From an uncultured Streptococcus sp. (GTDB taxonomy: Bacteria; Bacillota; Bacilli; Lactobacillales; Streptococcaceae): a stretch of DNA of 64,000 nt. Numbering within the stretch: position 1 is the first letter of the stretch; each line of letters begins with the position of its first letter. The notes below the pieces were generated by a model. That model made no database searches, was not told the DNA's origin, and saw nothing but the letters and a program-made list of their open reading frames with translations. Positions 25,793 to 35,015 of this stretch are shown here, piece by piece. The position numbers were made by a program, and so were the translations under genes. Location of the stretch: positions 1,258-65,257 of the forward strand of contig CABPWC010000001.1 of the NCBI GenBank assembly GCA_902461025.1. The letters are read 5' to 3'.

Positions 25793-25939
25793 ATGGACAA
25801 AGATGATTGGCTCAGATTGGTTGAGAAACTAATCGATAACGGGCCAGCTTACATCACAGCTCTAACTGGTGCATATGCTACATATCACATCTGGAGCAAA
25901 GAAAAAAAGCGAAAACCTAGACCTCGCAAGTTTAAGTAA
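25793..25939 (+). CDS. 48-aa peptide, candidate type I toxin (below the ORF-track cutoff)
   Basis: RBS AAGGGGGTGAGG; MDKDDWLRLVEKLIDNGPAYITALTGAYATYHIWSKEKKRKPRPRKFK, apolar core plus basic tail. Confidence 0.7.
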   Translation: MDKDDWLRLVEKLIDNGPAYITALTGAYATYHIWSKEKKRKPRPRKFK

Positions 25940-25980
25940 TCGCCTTGGGAATAGGGGAGCTACCACTCCCCTCACTCCCT

Positions 25981-25989
25981 ATTATACCA
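25981..25989 (-). promoter_or_regulatory. Antisense extended -10 promoter (candidate antitoxin RNA)
   Basis: TGGTATAAT on the minus strand, facing the hairpin 25947-25979 and the peptide ORF. Confidence 0.6.
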
Positions 25990-26007
25990 TAAAATAGGAA
26001 CAATAAT

Positions 26008-26133
26008 ATGGAAATTTTAATCATAAACATACTGATCGTTTTATTAAGTTATTTTTATTTGAGAGGACAAAAAGATGAGAAAACAAATAGAAAAAGTATT
26101 AAAAAGCAAAAAGAGCACAAGCGCAATCGCTAA
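26008..26133 (+). CDS. 41-aa single-TM peptide
   Basis: MEILIINILIVLLSYFYLRGQKDEKTNRKSIKKQKEHKRNR; weak AGGA RBS; overlaps the next gene. Confidence 0.5.
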   Translation: MEILIINILIVLLSYFYLRGQKDEKTNRKSIKKQKEHKRNR

Positions 26134-26803
26134 AGGGGCAGATTTGCCTTGGACGACAGTCTCAGACCTTAGAAGTGGAAAAACAAATTTGGACAAAATG
26201 TCTTTATTGACAGCAGAAAAATTACAAAAATATGCAAAGGAGCTAGAAATGGAAAACGCAAAACAACTACTTGAAGAAATTAAAAATAACGATGTATCGT
26301 ATGCTATTGTAAACGAGGACGGAGCAGTTTATTGCAATCTTGGTACAAGTAACGTCATGGATATTTACGGGTACGATGGTGAAGATGGTCACTTCTACGG
26401 TGTTTATGGTGACGCAGTTGGTGGACAGCTTGATAGTCGCAACACCCCTGATGATGTTATTTTGAAAGCTATTCAACTAATGTTAGGGTTGGGTGAGCCT
26501 GTAAAACGTTCTGAATTGTCTATGGGGTCAGATTTCAAACAGACATTTGTAGATGGATATTTTGAGGTGGTTGAATTAATGAAACAGTCTGGTCTTCTCC
26601 ATGATAAAGAAGAAAACGAGAAAATCAAAGAATGGATTGAGTCTCACAAGGATATTGTAGGTTCAAAAGTTAAACACCCATCGTTTGGAACTGGTAAAGT
26701 AGTTAAAATTGAAGATAATGCAATTACTATTGATTTTGAAGGTGCTGGAAGCAAATCTTTAGCTCTTGAAGCTATTGTCAACAATAACTTACTAGAGTTC
26801 TAA
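26075..26803 (+). CDS. XRE-type HTH fused to an unknown acidic domain and a C-terminal Tudor-like domain
   Basis: HTH in residues 1-58; in-frame internal RBS AAAGGAG plus ATG at 26249; VGSKVKHPSFGTGKV motif. Confidence 0.8.
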   Translation: MRKQIEKVLKSKKSTSAIAKGADLPWTTVSDLRSGKTNLDKMSLLTAEKLQKYAKELEMENAKQLLEEIKNNDVSYAIVNEDGAVYCNLGTSNVMDIYGYDGEDGHFYGVYGDAVGGQLDSRNTPDDVILKAIQLMLGLGEPVKRSELSMGSDFKQTFVDGYFEVVELMKQSGLLHDKEENEKIKEWIESHKDIVGSKVKHPSFGTGKVVKIEDNAITIDFEGAGSKSLALEAIVNNNLLEF

Positions 26804-26819
26804 AGTAATTTATGAGGGT

Positions 26820-26846
26820 AAAGCAGTGATTTCGGTCACTGCTTTT
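26820..26846 (+). terminator. Terminator of the att-proximal operon
   Basis: AAAGCAGTGA-TTTCGG-TCACTGCTTTT. Confidence 0.8.
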
Positions 26847-26858
26847 ATTGTTGCCAAC

Positions 26859-26888
26859 AAAAAAAGACCGCTCAAAAACTGAGCGGTC
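26859..26888 (-). terminator. Terminator after the lysin
   Basis: GACCGCTCA/TGAGCGGTC stem followed by a U-tract on the minus strand. Confidence 0.8.
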
Positions 26889-26921
26889 AAATGTAATTAA
26901 ATTTGAACTTCTTTCTATGTT

Positions 26922-27908
26922 TTATTTTGTGGTAATTAAGCCGTTAGGCTCAACGGTAAACTCTAGCTTTTCAGCAAGTGTTCCGTCTGATTTTAGGTAG
27001 TACCAACCTTTACCGTCTGCGGACTTAACAAATGCATTTGATACCATAGCGCCTTGTTGGTAATCTAGGAAGTACCATACATCCTTATACTTAACCCAGC
27101 CGGTTTTCATTGCGCCGTCTTTGTCGAAGTAATACCACTTGTTACTTACCAAAATCCAGCCAGTTGCCATTGTTCCGTCTGGTAGCAAGTAATACCAATG
27201 TCCGTCTGAATGTTTGTGCCATGTGTTAGCTTTCATGTATCCTGAACCGTCGAAGTAATACCACTTGTCCTTGATTTTCTGCCATTTATTCGTTGGGTAG
27301 CTTCCATCTGCGTTGACATACCACCAACCAGTCGCATTTTTCTTCCAGCCTTCCTGGTTGCCCTCATTATCGAGCATTTCTTGGACAGTTGAACCGAGCG
27401 ACTGATAATGCTTGATTTTAGCAATCACATAGTCACGCAAGCTGTCATTGTATCCACCGTGCAATTCAAGGGAACGAGCAGGGCATGAAGTACTTGAAAA
27501 CTCGTTATGGAACTTAATATTTGAATAGTTCGGTGTATCACCATAATAGGTCATATCCTCTGCCATTTGGCGCAATACCATGTTTTCATTTTCGATAAAC
27601 TCTGCATCAGTCGCATTGAATTGCTGACATACTTCATAGCTGATTGAGTTCATGTTAGCATCGTAGTTCGCAGCGCTCCATGTCCCGTTGTAAGTGTTTT
27701 CTACTCGTGCGATTGCATCGCGAGTGATGTAGTAATGAGCAAAACCAAGTTCAGATTGTCCGTTGTCATAGCGTGATTGAAGCCAATCGACATAGCTATT
27801 TGGACTCATTGAACCGGCATCGTTATGCATGATGTAATATTTTGGGCTTTCAGTCGGACGAGCGCCCGCAATTCCATTGAATATTGTATGGTTAATAATT
27901 TCTACCAT
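26922..27908 (-). CDS. Endolysin: zinc amidase (Amidase_2-like) plus choline-binding repeats
   Basis: IMHND, FAHYY, HNEFSSTSCP; repeated KWYYFD..G.M.TGW. Confidence 0.9.
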   Translation of the reverse strand: MVEIINHTIFNGIAGARPTESPKYYIMHNDAGSMSPNSYVDWLQSRYDNGQSELGFAHYYITRDAIARVENTYNGTWSAANYDANMNSISYEVCQQFNATDAEFIENENMVLRQMAEDMTYYGDTPNYSNIKFHNEFSSTSCPARSLELHGGYNDSLRDYVIAKIKHYQSLGSTVQEMLDNEGNQEGWKKNATGWWYVNADGSYPTNKWQKIKDKWYYFDGSGYMKANTWHKHSDGHWYYLLPDGTMATGWILVSNKWYYFDKDGAMKTGWVKYKDVWYFLDYQQGAMVSNAFVKSADGKGWYYLKSDGTLAEKLEFTVEPNGLITTK

Positions 27909-27931
27909 GTTTTATTTTTCCTCTCTTATGG

Positions 27932-29542
27932 TTAAGCTGTTGGCCAAGGGTCGTCTGTAATATAAGATATTGACGAAACTCTAATATCTCCAATGTCTCT
28001 ATCGGTTGGTACCGGGTCTGTGAATTGGAATCGTAACATGTTGCTATCTCCAGTACCGCCTAAATACCATGTTCCGTACGAAGTACCTTTATCGTTATAA
28101 ATCGGACCGATTAACGATGACGGTGAGCGATAACCGTAAGGAATTCCGCCTAATCCTAGAATAAACACATTTCGTTCGCGGTCACTAGGTTGTAGCTGAT
28201 ACCCAGGACCACCACGGCGCACAATACCAAACCAACCCCAAGAGAGCCCACCGAATTGGTAATATACTGTATTGTTAACTCTGCGAATCTGTAAGTAAGA
28301 ATTACCTAACTTAGAAACGATGTTTTGTTTTTTCCAACCTGTATCGCCGTCTAATACAGCCCAACCTTGGTTTCCTGAAGGAGTTCGTTTAATCCATTTC
28401 AAGGCTCCATTTGTCTTAGCTGTGTCAACATAGGTTTGACCTAGTGTACCTTCGACTTTACCATTCGGCATGCCAGTACCGGTAAGCTCACTAGACGAAG
28501 TTGAAGCATTTTGACTGGAAGCTGGTAAGATAATACTTCCACCACCATCTGAAAGTGACACGATATTCCCATTGATGCTGATTCTTTGAGGAATGCCTAC
28601 ACCATCACGACCGTTTTCACCTTTAGGACCAGTTAAACCAATAGGTCCTTGAGGTCCGACCGGTCCAGGTAAGCCAGCAGGTCCTTGTTCTCCTTTTAGA
28701 CCTTGAGGACCAATAGGTCCGATGTCTCCTTTTGGTCCAGGCTCTCCATCTCGCCCACGTTCACCTTGGATACCTTGCAAGCCTTGAGGACCTTGTAAAC
28801 CGTCTGCTCCTCTTGGTCCAGTTTCACCTGTTGCTCCTTGAGGTCCACGTTCTCCAGTTTCACCTTTATCCCCTTTTGGACCAGGAGTGAGTGAGATATT
28901 TCGTAGTTCTTCCTTAGTAGCAAATAAGCTTGTATCAATTTCAAGCTTGTTTTCTAAAGCCGATATACGCTGTTTTAAGGTGCTATCATCGTAGATGGTA
29001 TCTTCGTCTGACTTTTGCTTTAAAGCTTCAATATCGGCTGAAATATGGCTGATTTCGGTACGTAAGTTACTATCATCATAAGTGCCACCTTGCTCTTTGA
29101 TTTTGGCAAATAGTTCGTCCAATTCTTGCTTGGTCACAACATCCTTAACATTAACAATTCGCCCTGATTCACGTTCAATGAGTGGTCTTTTAACTGCTTT
29201 GTCAATCTCGCTCACATGAACATTGAATAAAAAGCTATACACATCAGCTGACTGCTCTACTTTCTCGAAGTAGATATAACCAATAACGGGTTCATCCGTA
29301 GTGATTAACGATGTATCAAATTGAACAGTAAATGAATTACCTTCGATTGCTGCGCCTACTTCATGGTATCGCTTAGTGTTCTTGAAGTAGAATAAGCAGA
29401 TAACCTTAGTAGCGGTCAAATCATCGAGTGTGAATTTAAACTCAGCGATACCTTTATCTTTACTATAAAATTCTTGATAAAGCCTATCTACATCTCGATT
29501 GTTGGTTGAAATGGTTAATTTTTTCTCAATAACCTTCTTCAA
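27932..29542 (-). CDS. BppU-like N-terminus, collagen-like fibre protein
   Basis: About 32 contiguous Gly-X-Y triplets, coiled coil and globular C-terminus; TTG start with AAAGGAGGT RBS. Confidence 0.75.
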   Translation of the reverse strand: MKKVIEKKLTISTNNRDVDRLYQEFYSKDKGIAEFKFTLDDLTATKVICLFYFKNTKRYHEVGAAIEGNSFTVQFDTSLITTDEPVIGYIYFEKVEQSADVYSFLFNVHVSEIDKAVKRPLIERESGRIVNVKDVVTKQELDELFAKIKEQGGTYDDSNLRTEISHISADIEALKQKSDEDTIYDDSTLKQRISALENKLEIDTSLFATKEELRNISLTPGPKGDKGETGERGPQGATGETGPRGADGLQGPQGLQGIQGERGRDGEPGPKGDIGPIGPQGLKGEQGPAGLPGPVGPQGPIGLTGPKGENGRDGVGIPQRISINGNIVSLSDGGGSIILPASSQNASTSSSELTGTGMPNGKVEGTLGQTYVDTAKTNGALKWIKRTPSGNQGWAVLDGDTGWKKQNIVSKLGNSYLQIRRVNNTVYYQFGGLSWGWFGIVRRGGPGYQLQPSDRERNVFILGLGGIPYGYRSPSSLIGPIYNDKGTSYGTWYLGGTGDSNMLRFQFTDPVPTDRDIGDIRVSSISYITDDPWPTA

Positions 29543-29570
29543 GTGCTACCTCCTTTCTTTTAATAAAGAA

Positions 29571-29592
29571 AGAGAACCCAAAAGGGTTCTCT
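29571..29592 (-). terminator. Terminator-like hairpin after the holin
   Basis: AGAGAACCC-TTTT-GGGTTCTCT then TTCTTTATT on the minus strand. Confidence 0.65.
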
Positions 29593-29595
29593 GAT

Positions 29596-29934
29596 TTATT
29601 TTTCAGTCCACGCATCGTTCATCTGCTTAACCGCAGATTCAACGAATGTGTCCAAGTCTTTGTCGGTCATGCCAATATTATATTTGTTTAGCTCTGCCCG
29701 AATTTTGATTCGAGCTTGTTCTAACTTCTCTTCGCCTTTGTAGCCTGTTTCAGCTGATACTTGTTCAACTGCATTGACCGCATTCTTGGCCAAGATTTCG
29801 ACAATCTTGACTGTCTGTTCGCCACCTTTTTTTACCAGGTATTCCTTGATTGATTTGACTGCGATTCCAGTCAAAATTACCAGAATACTAATTGCTGCAT
29901 TGATGATGATTTCATTGATTTGTTGCATTTGCAT
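29596..29934 (-). CDS. Holin, LL-H family
   Basis: N-terminal TM, AVNAVEQ..GEEK..ESAVKQMN. Confidence 0.8.
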   Translation of the reverse strand: MQMQQINEIIINAAISILVILTGIAVKSIKEYLVKKGGEQTVKIVEILAKNAVNAVEQVSAETGYKGEEKLEQARIKIRAELNKYNIGMTDKDLDTFVESAVKQMNDAWTEK

Positions 29935-30352
29935 TTTCCTCCGAAATTTCTAAATTTAAGTACTTGTTAAACAAGGCATCAATTCGCCCATTGCCACCTA
30001 ATTTCTTATAGCTAGAGTGCATCTTATGAATAATATCAGACTCATGAACCGTGGTATATCCACGCTTCAGAGCGACCGTGATATCACGTTCTAACCTCAG
30101 ATACATTGTGGCTAGATGAGCTTCGTCGTGGACCGCTAACTTGTTATTGATTTCAGTGATATTTTGCTTGTTTTCCTCGCCAATAGCATGAATTGTGTTC
30201 AGTTCGTCTTTCAACTCATGAAACTGTTCCTTGTTGAGGTTTCCTGCTTTACTAGCTCTCATTCCAAACCACCCAGTGGCCACCACTCCGATTGTGGGTG
30301 CTAGTTGTGTGATGGCGTGTATCATCTTCTCGATTATTTCAACCCATGTCAT
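29912..30352 (-). CDS. Phage membrane protein, holin-associated
   Basis: N-terminal TM, coiled coil, YKKLGGNG motif. Confidence 0.65.
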   Translation of the reverse strand: MTWVEIIEKMIHAITQLAPTIGVVATGWFGMRASKAGNLNKEQFHELKDELNTIHAIGEENKQNITEINNKLAVHDEAHLATMYLRLERDITVALKRGYTTVHESDIIHKMHSSYKKLGGNGRIDALFNKYLNLEISEENANATNQ

Positions 30353-30361
30353 ACCATCTCC

Positions 30362-30982
30362 TTAGATGCTGTCAGCTTTTGGAGCAATCCAGCGCCATAC
30401 TGCAAGAACTCCATTTCGTGACAATTCACCTTCGAGGTCTTTGATAGATTGACCAGTATATTCAAATTCACGGTTGATTTGAACGATAACATTATTACCT
30501 TCACCATTCTTCTCAACGTATTCAGGGTCTGTGATTGTAACCAAGTCATCTTCAAAGTATGTTGTTCCAACTTTCATTGCAGGCAATAGGCTCACAAGGT
30601 CTTTATAGACTGTTCCGTAAGTAATATTTTCGCTCATAACTGAATTGACAACCATGACTTTAATCATGCGTTGAGTGATCGTGTTAGCTTCTTGTTGAGC
30701 TTTGATAAGTTTTTGTAACTCATCTTGCTTAGTTTTGGTTGATTCCAAATCTTGTTGAGCCTTAACGATTGCATTCGCTGGGTCCAATTCAGATTTCACC
30801 ATATCCAACACCGCTTGAATAAGCACGTCTTCTTGGTCTTGTGTGCGATCACCAGCCAATTCACGTTGGTTGGTTGTGTAGCGATTTCCGTCTTGCAAAC
30901 GGATTTCTACAACGGTTGTGGTTTTGTCTCCGAAACCACGAGTATAAGGTTTAGTTGCGAGTGTGTAGTTGCTTACTGTCAT
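30362..30982 (-). CDS. Phage protein (DUF1366-like)
   Basis: Position after the tail fibre; R.L.GD...ED.LI.AVL pattern. Confidence 0.55.
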   Translation of the reverse strand: MTVSNYTLATKPYTRGFGDKTTTVVEIRLQDGNRYTTNQRELAGDRTQDQEDVLIQAVLDMVKSELDPANAIVKAQQDLESTKTKQDELQKLIKAQQEANTITQRMIKVMVVNSVMSENITYGTVYKDLVSLLPAMKVGTTYFEDDLVTITDPEYVEKNGEGNNVIVQINREFEYTGQSIKDLEGELSRNGVLAVWRWIAPKADSI

Positions 30983-31179
30983 TTTGTTTGTCCTTTCACT
31001 TCTTCAAATTTTGCTTTCAATTCTTCATCTGATTCGATGATTCGTTTCATCTGCTCAAGTTCCATGGCTGTTACCGTGTACAGAGCTTCTAGCGTAGCTG
31101 ATTGAGTAGCTTCATTGCCAACTCTTTCACTTAATGATTTAATCGTCAGACTGCTGATTTGTTTGTCTTGTTCGTTCAT
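30979..31179 (-). CDS. Small coiled-coil phage protein
   Basis: Translationally coupled 66-aa ORF. Confidence 0.7.
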   Translation of the reverse strand: MNEQDKQISSLTIKSLSERVGNEATQSATLEALYTVTAMELEQMKRIIESDEELKAKFEEVKGQTK

Positions 31180-34100
31180 GTTGTTTCCAACCTTTCTACT
31201 TTTTGGTTCAATTCTTGAATTGCCTTGATTAAGTAAGGCACAAGTGCGAATGTGTTATATGAGTAAGCACCGTCTGGATTTTCAAAGAACGCTTCTGGAG
31301 CAACTTGTTGGACATCTTGAGCCATGATACCGCAAGAAATATCTTCGACTTTACCATCATACTCTTTGCGATAAGAGTAGGTTTTGAGCTTTTCGATAAC
31401 ATCCAGACCTGAGACTTGACTGTCTTGAATGTTGGTCTTGTATCGACGGTCTGAAATATCTTTGTTCAAAGAAACCCAAGCATATCCTCCTGATTGTCTA
31501 TATAGATAGGCATATCCAGCGTTCTCCTGAATTCTTGTAAACGTATCAGAGTGCAGATAGTATCCAACTTTATTTTTCTCTCTATCAATGAAATAAAAAA
31601 TATTACCAGTGACTTCAAGATTGCCGTGAACGCGAGGGACATTCCAAAATTGCGCTTTGTTATAACAATGCATCTCTCCATCGCTATTGACAAACCAGGC
31701 ATAATTCCCTGGCTTATCCCAGTTGTTCCCCCAGTTTACCCATAAAGCTGTTTGTTTGACTCGCCAACCACCATCTGACATGCCGACACGGAAGCTATTA
31801 CTTCCTGTTATCCAGAATGTTGTCGGGTCTTTATCGTGAGTACCGATTTGGAATCCTCCGATTTTACCCTTATAACCTTCAAGTAAGGTTGCTGAGACTA
31901 CTACTGACCGTAGCTTATTGATGAACGCTGTTTTAGCAGCAAGCGTATCCGTGAACACATCACTAGCTACAAGCTTCTTCGCTAGAGCAGTATCAAATAT
32001 CAATTTGTCTGCTGCAATCGAATTTGAGCGAATGATGTCGGTGTTCAATGTTCCAATCCGTGCATCTCCTACGAACAATCGCTTGAAATACCCGTCTATG
32101 GCTGTGATTTCATCTAGAAGCGTTCTACCTTTTAGTCGGATTTTAGCAGCTTCAATCAGAATGTTATTGTTATTCAAATTGATTTGAGAAGAAATCGCTC
32201 CAGGCCCCGTAAGGGTTTGGATAGCGTAGGAATCATGCAACTGTGACACTTGAGTTTGTGTAACTACATCTTGTGTTGATGTAGTGTCGCTAAATTTCTT
32301 AGGCGGTTTGTCACCACGAATAAGAGATACCTGACCAACAGCGACTTGCCCATTCTTCATCAACCAAATTTCAAGAGGGAATTCTCTTGCTTTAGTCGAT
32401 GATTTCTGTACGGTCATCGTACCTGTAATGATTTGAATTCCAGTTTTAGTGAGCGTTACTTTATCAGATGCAAGTCCACCGTCAGAAGCCCATAGCTCGA
32501 TTCCTAAAGGCGCATCTGGTAACACATCAACCCATACTTCCATACGATAGCTGAGCTTTTCACCTTTGGTAAAGGTTGAGGTGTTAAGTGGCAGTGCAAA
32601 TCCGTGATAAACTGCTTGAGTCTTACCAGTATTCGTAATTCGTAGCAATTTAGTGCCAGCTTGAACTTCGATAACATTAGCATCAGCTTGCTTTTTGACC
32701 CACTTGCTGAAATTTGTTGGATCATACACCAGGTTGAAATCTTCTAAGAAATTAGATACACGACTAACTAGACCGTCAGCAGTCTGAATGACTTGTGAAA
32801 TAGATTCGTTTTGTCTTTGAATGGTCTGTGTGTGACTCTTAACCGTATCGACTACATCGTTAAAATCAGCGACGCTCACGATTTCAGAAGTATTAACATC
32901 ATAGTCTGTCATTCTGTCAGAGTGCTCAAATTTCATCCCACAGATTTCAATACTACCGCTCCCATTCTGTCCAAACTGAATACTGTTAAATATAGCATCG
33001 GCAGTAAACGTAAATTGATATCGTACCCAATCTTTATTTGAAATGGACTTAAACAATATACGATTAGTATCATTTGTGGTCCAAGAGCGCATCAAAAGAT
33101 TGACATTATGGCTTGAGCTAGTCGATGAGACTCTTGCCCAACAAGACATTGTATATTTCTCGCCAACAACCAAATTGAGTCTTTGAGCGATATCCTTGTT
33201 TCCGCCGTTTGTATTTCCTACAACACGAATTCCTTTTCTGATAGCGGCATGAGGGGCATCTGTGAGTGTGATTACTTCAGTATTACCATTACCACCAGAA
33301 ACACTTAATGCCCAGGTTCCTTCTAACCCATTTCCAGAAGGGATGATGGAAGAATTCTGCAAGAGATTATCGTTTCTAATAACATCTCTCAGTTTTGTTT
33401 CAATTCGTGAGATGGTCCTTTGAAAACCATCAACAGAATTCTTGACTATATTATGGACTTGAGTCGCGCTTTGAAAACCTCTGTCATTGGCCAATCTATC
33501 AAAATCAGTACGAGATAATTTCTCGATAATCTGGTCAGCTTGAACATCGATTCTGTTTTCTGCAATCCTCAGCCGTTCTGTTAACGGGTCAACTTCTTTC
33601 TTGGTCACAAGTGTTCTGATTCTGTCTGTGATTTGCTCAATTTTTGCAAAGTTTGAATCAGACAAGCCTTTAGAAGTATTGGCATATTCTAGAGCGTTCC
33701 TAGCTTCTTCTAGAGCTTCTTCAGCAGTTCTAGTAACTGTTGAACCAATAGCACGAATCTCTTCAATTTTGATTCGTTGGTCTTCGAGCTTCTCGTTCAT
33801 GCTGCTATCGAAACCTGAGAATCGATTGTCGATTTCATCTGATAGAGCGCGCTTGTTTTCTTCTGCTTTGGCTTTGGCTTGTTCGATGCCGTCTATCAAT
33901 TCATCTTTGATATCCTTGACTTTTCGATCGAATGCTAAATCAGCGTTCTTGATTTCTTTTTCAAGTTTTGCTTCAAAAATTCCATCTAAATGTTGAGTCT
34001 CATCCTTGACTGCATCACTTACTGCATTACCGATTGCGTTTGCTAGACCTGACTTGAATTCACCAAAACCAATACTCTTCAATTTCTTAGCCATTGGAGA

Positions 34101-35015
34101 ATAGTTGTATTTTGTGATTTTCTTTCTTACGTCTAAATCGTAGTATTCGTGGTAGACACCTACAACATCAAACATCTGAACAGGAACATCACTCTGACCA
34201 ATAACATCAATCTCAATGCTATCTTCGAGCATATCGCACAAGGTTGTTCTGAAATACTGCTTGCCATATTCTCTAAGGCTTGCTTCATCCTTAACATCCT
34301 GGTCGTTGACTTCTACAACATCTTCATAAATCTGACTGTATTTGTTAATCAGTGGACTATCTACAACCACTTTATAGTGCTTGTCTACTGGATTTTCGCC
34401 CTCGACACGTATAGTTGTGATAAAGGTGATGCGAGTCCTTAAAGACTTAGTGGATGTTTTATGCTCATAGCTAGACAAGTTTTTTTTGTACATAAAAAGC
34501 GATTCATTCTCTGAACCGCCATTTTTCAATAATCGTACTTGGTAGCCATGTCTGACTAAATCACCTCCCCACAAACCGACAATAGAATGTTTGTCTTTCG
34601 CGAACGCATCCATGGCATTCTTGCTATCGATGTTAAAAGTGTGTCTGTCTTCAATGTCAGAGAAGAACGAGAACGGATTATCACGAGTGATGCTCCCAGC
34701 AAATTGACTCAAAGCAGTTGAACCAGTCTGTCTATCCAAGGAAATCGGATTGACCACATAGTTATTCAAGAGGGTAAACTCCTGGTTTGCATAGACTTGA
34801 ATATATCCATGCTTTTTCTCGACTTCAAAAATTACAAAGTCTTGTTCACCGTGTAGATCATCAGCAGTCAAGAATTTTTCTTCTCTCAGTCTTTGCCACA
34901 AGATATCATTTGTAGGGAATTTAAAGGTTAGTTGGTAGGTGCTATTCGCTTCCTGTACGATATCATCATCGTAGGCAGCATTAAGAGGTATGTTTCCTTC
35001 TGTTAAATAGATCAT
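31176..35015 (-). CDS. Tail spike/host-specificity protein (Tal/PblB-like) with CBM-like domains and a C-terminal S74 chaperone
   Basis: Tail N-terminus, coiled coil, NLLQNS and NLVYD modules, SDRRYKTNI..GIMAQDV..LIKAIQEL. Confidence 0.85.
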   Translation of the reverse strand: MIYLTEGNIPLNAAYDDDIVQEANSTYQLTFKFPTNDILWQRLREEKFLTADDLHGEQDFVIFEVEKKHGYIQVYANQEFTLLNNYVVNPISLDRQTGSTALSQFAGSITRDNPFSFFSDIEDRHTFNIDSKNAMDAFAKDKHSIVGLWGGDLVRHGYQVRLLKNGGSENESLFMYKKNLSSYEHKTSTKSLRTRITFITTIRVEGENPVDKHYKVVVDSPLINKYSQIYEDVVEVNDQDVKDEASLREYGKQYFRTTLCDMLEDSIEIDVIGQSDVPVQMFDVVGVYHEYYDLDVRKKITKYNYSPMAKKLKSIGFGEFKSGLANAIGNAVSDAVKDETQHLDGIFEAKLEKEIKNADLAFDRKVKDIKDELIDGIEQAKAKAEENKRALSDEIDNRFSGFDSSMNEKLEDQRIKIEEIRAIGSTVTRTAEEALEEARNALEYANTSKGLSDSNFAKIEQITDRIRTLVTKKEVDPLTERLRIAENRIDVQADQIIEKLSRTDFDRLANDRGFQSATQVHNIVKNSVDGFQRTISRIETKLRDVIRNDNLLQNSSIIPSGNGLEGTWALSVSGGNGNTEVITLTDAPHAAIRKGIRVVGNTNGGNKDIAQRLNLVVGEKYTMSCWARVSSTSSSHNVNLLMRSWTTNDTNRILFKSISNKDWVRYQFTFTADAIFNSIQFGQNGSGSIEICGMKFEHSDRMTDYDVNTSEIVSVADFNDVVDTVKSHTQTIQRQNESISQVIQTADGLVSRVSNFLEDFNLVYDPTNFSKWVKKQADANVIEVQAGTKLLRITNTGKTQAVYHGFALPLNTSTFTKGEKLSYRMEVWVDVLPDAPLGIELWASDGGLASDKVTLTKTGIQIITGTMTVQKSSTKAREFPLEIWLMKNGQVAVGQVSLIRGDKPPKKFSDTTSTQDVVTQTQVSQLHDSYAIQTLTGPGAISSQINLNNNNILIEAAKIRLKGRTLLDEITAIDGYFKRLFVGDARIGTLNTDIIRSNSIAADKLIFDTALAKKLVASDVFTDTLAAKTAFINKLRSVVVSATLLEGYKGKIGGFQIGTHDKDPTTFWITGSNSFRVGMSDGGWRVKQTALWVNWGNNWDKPGNYAWFVNSDGEMHCYNKAQFWNVPRVHGNLEVTGNIFYFIDREKNKVGYYLHSDTFTRIQENAGYAYLYRQSGGYAWVSLNKDISDRRYKTNIQDSQVSGLDVIEKLKTYSYRKEYDGKVEDISCGIMAQDVQQVAPEAFFENPDGAYSYNTFALVPYLIKAIQELNQKVERLETT

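Noticed and set aside
27932..35015. Diversity-generating retroelement or invertible tail-fibre switch
   Set aside because: No reverse transcriptase, no template/variable repeat pair and no inverted cassette seen; the second recombinase is over 13 kb away
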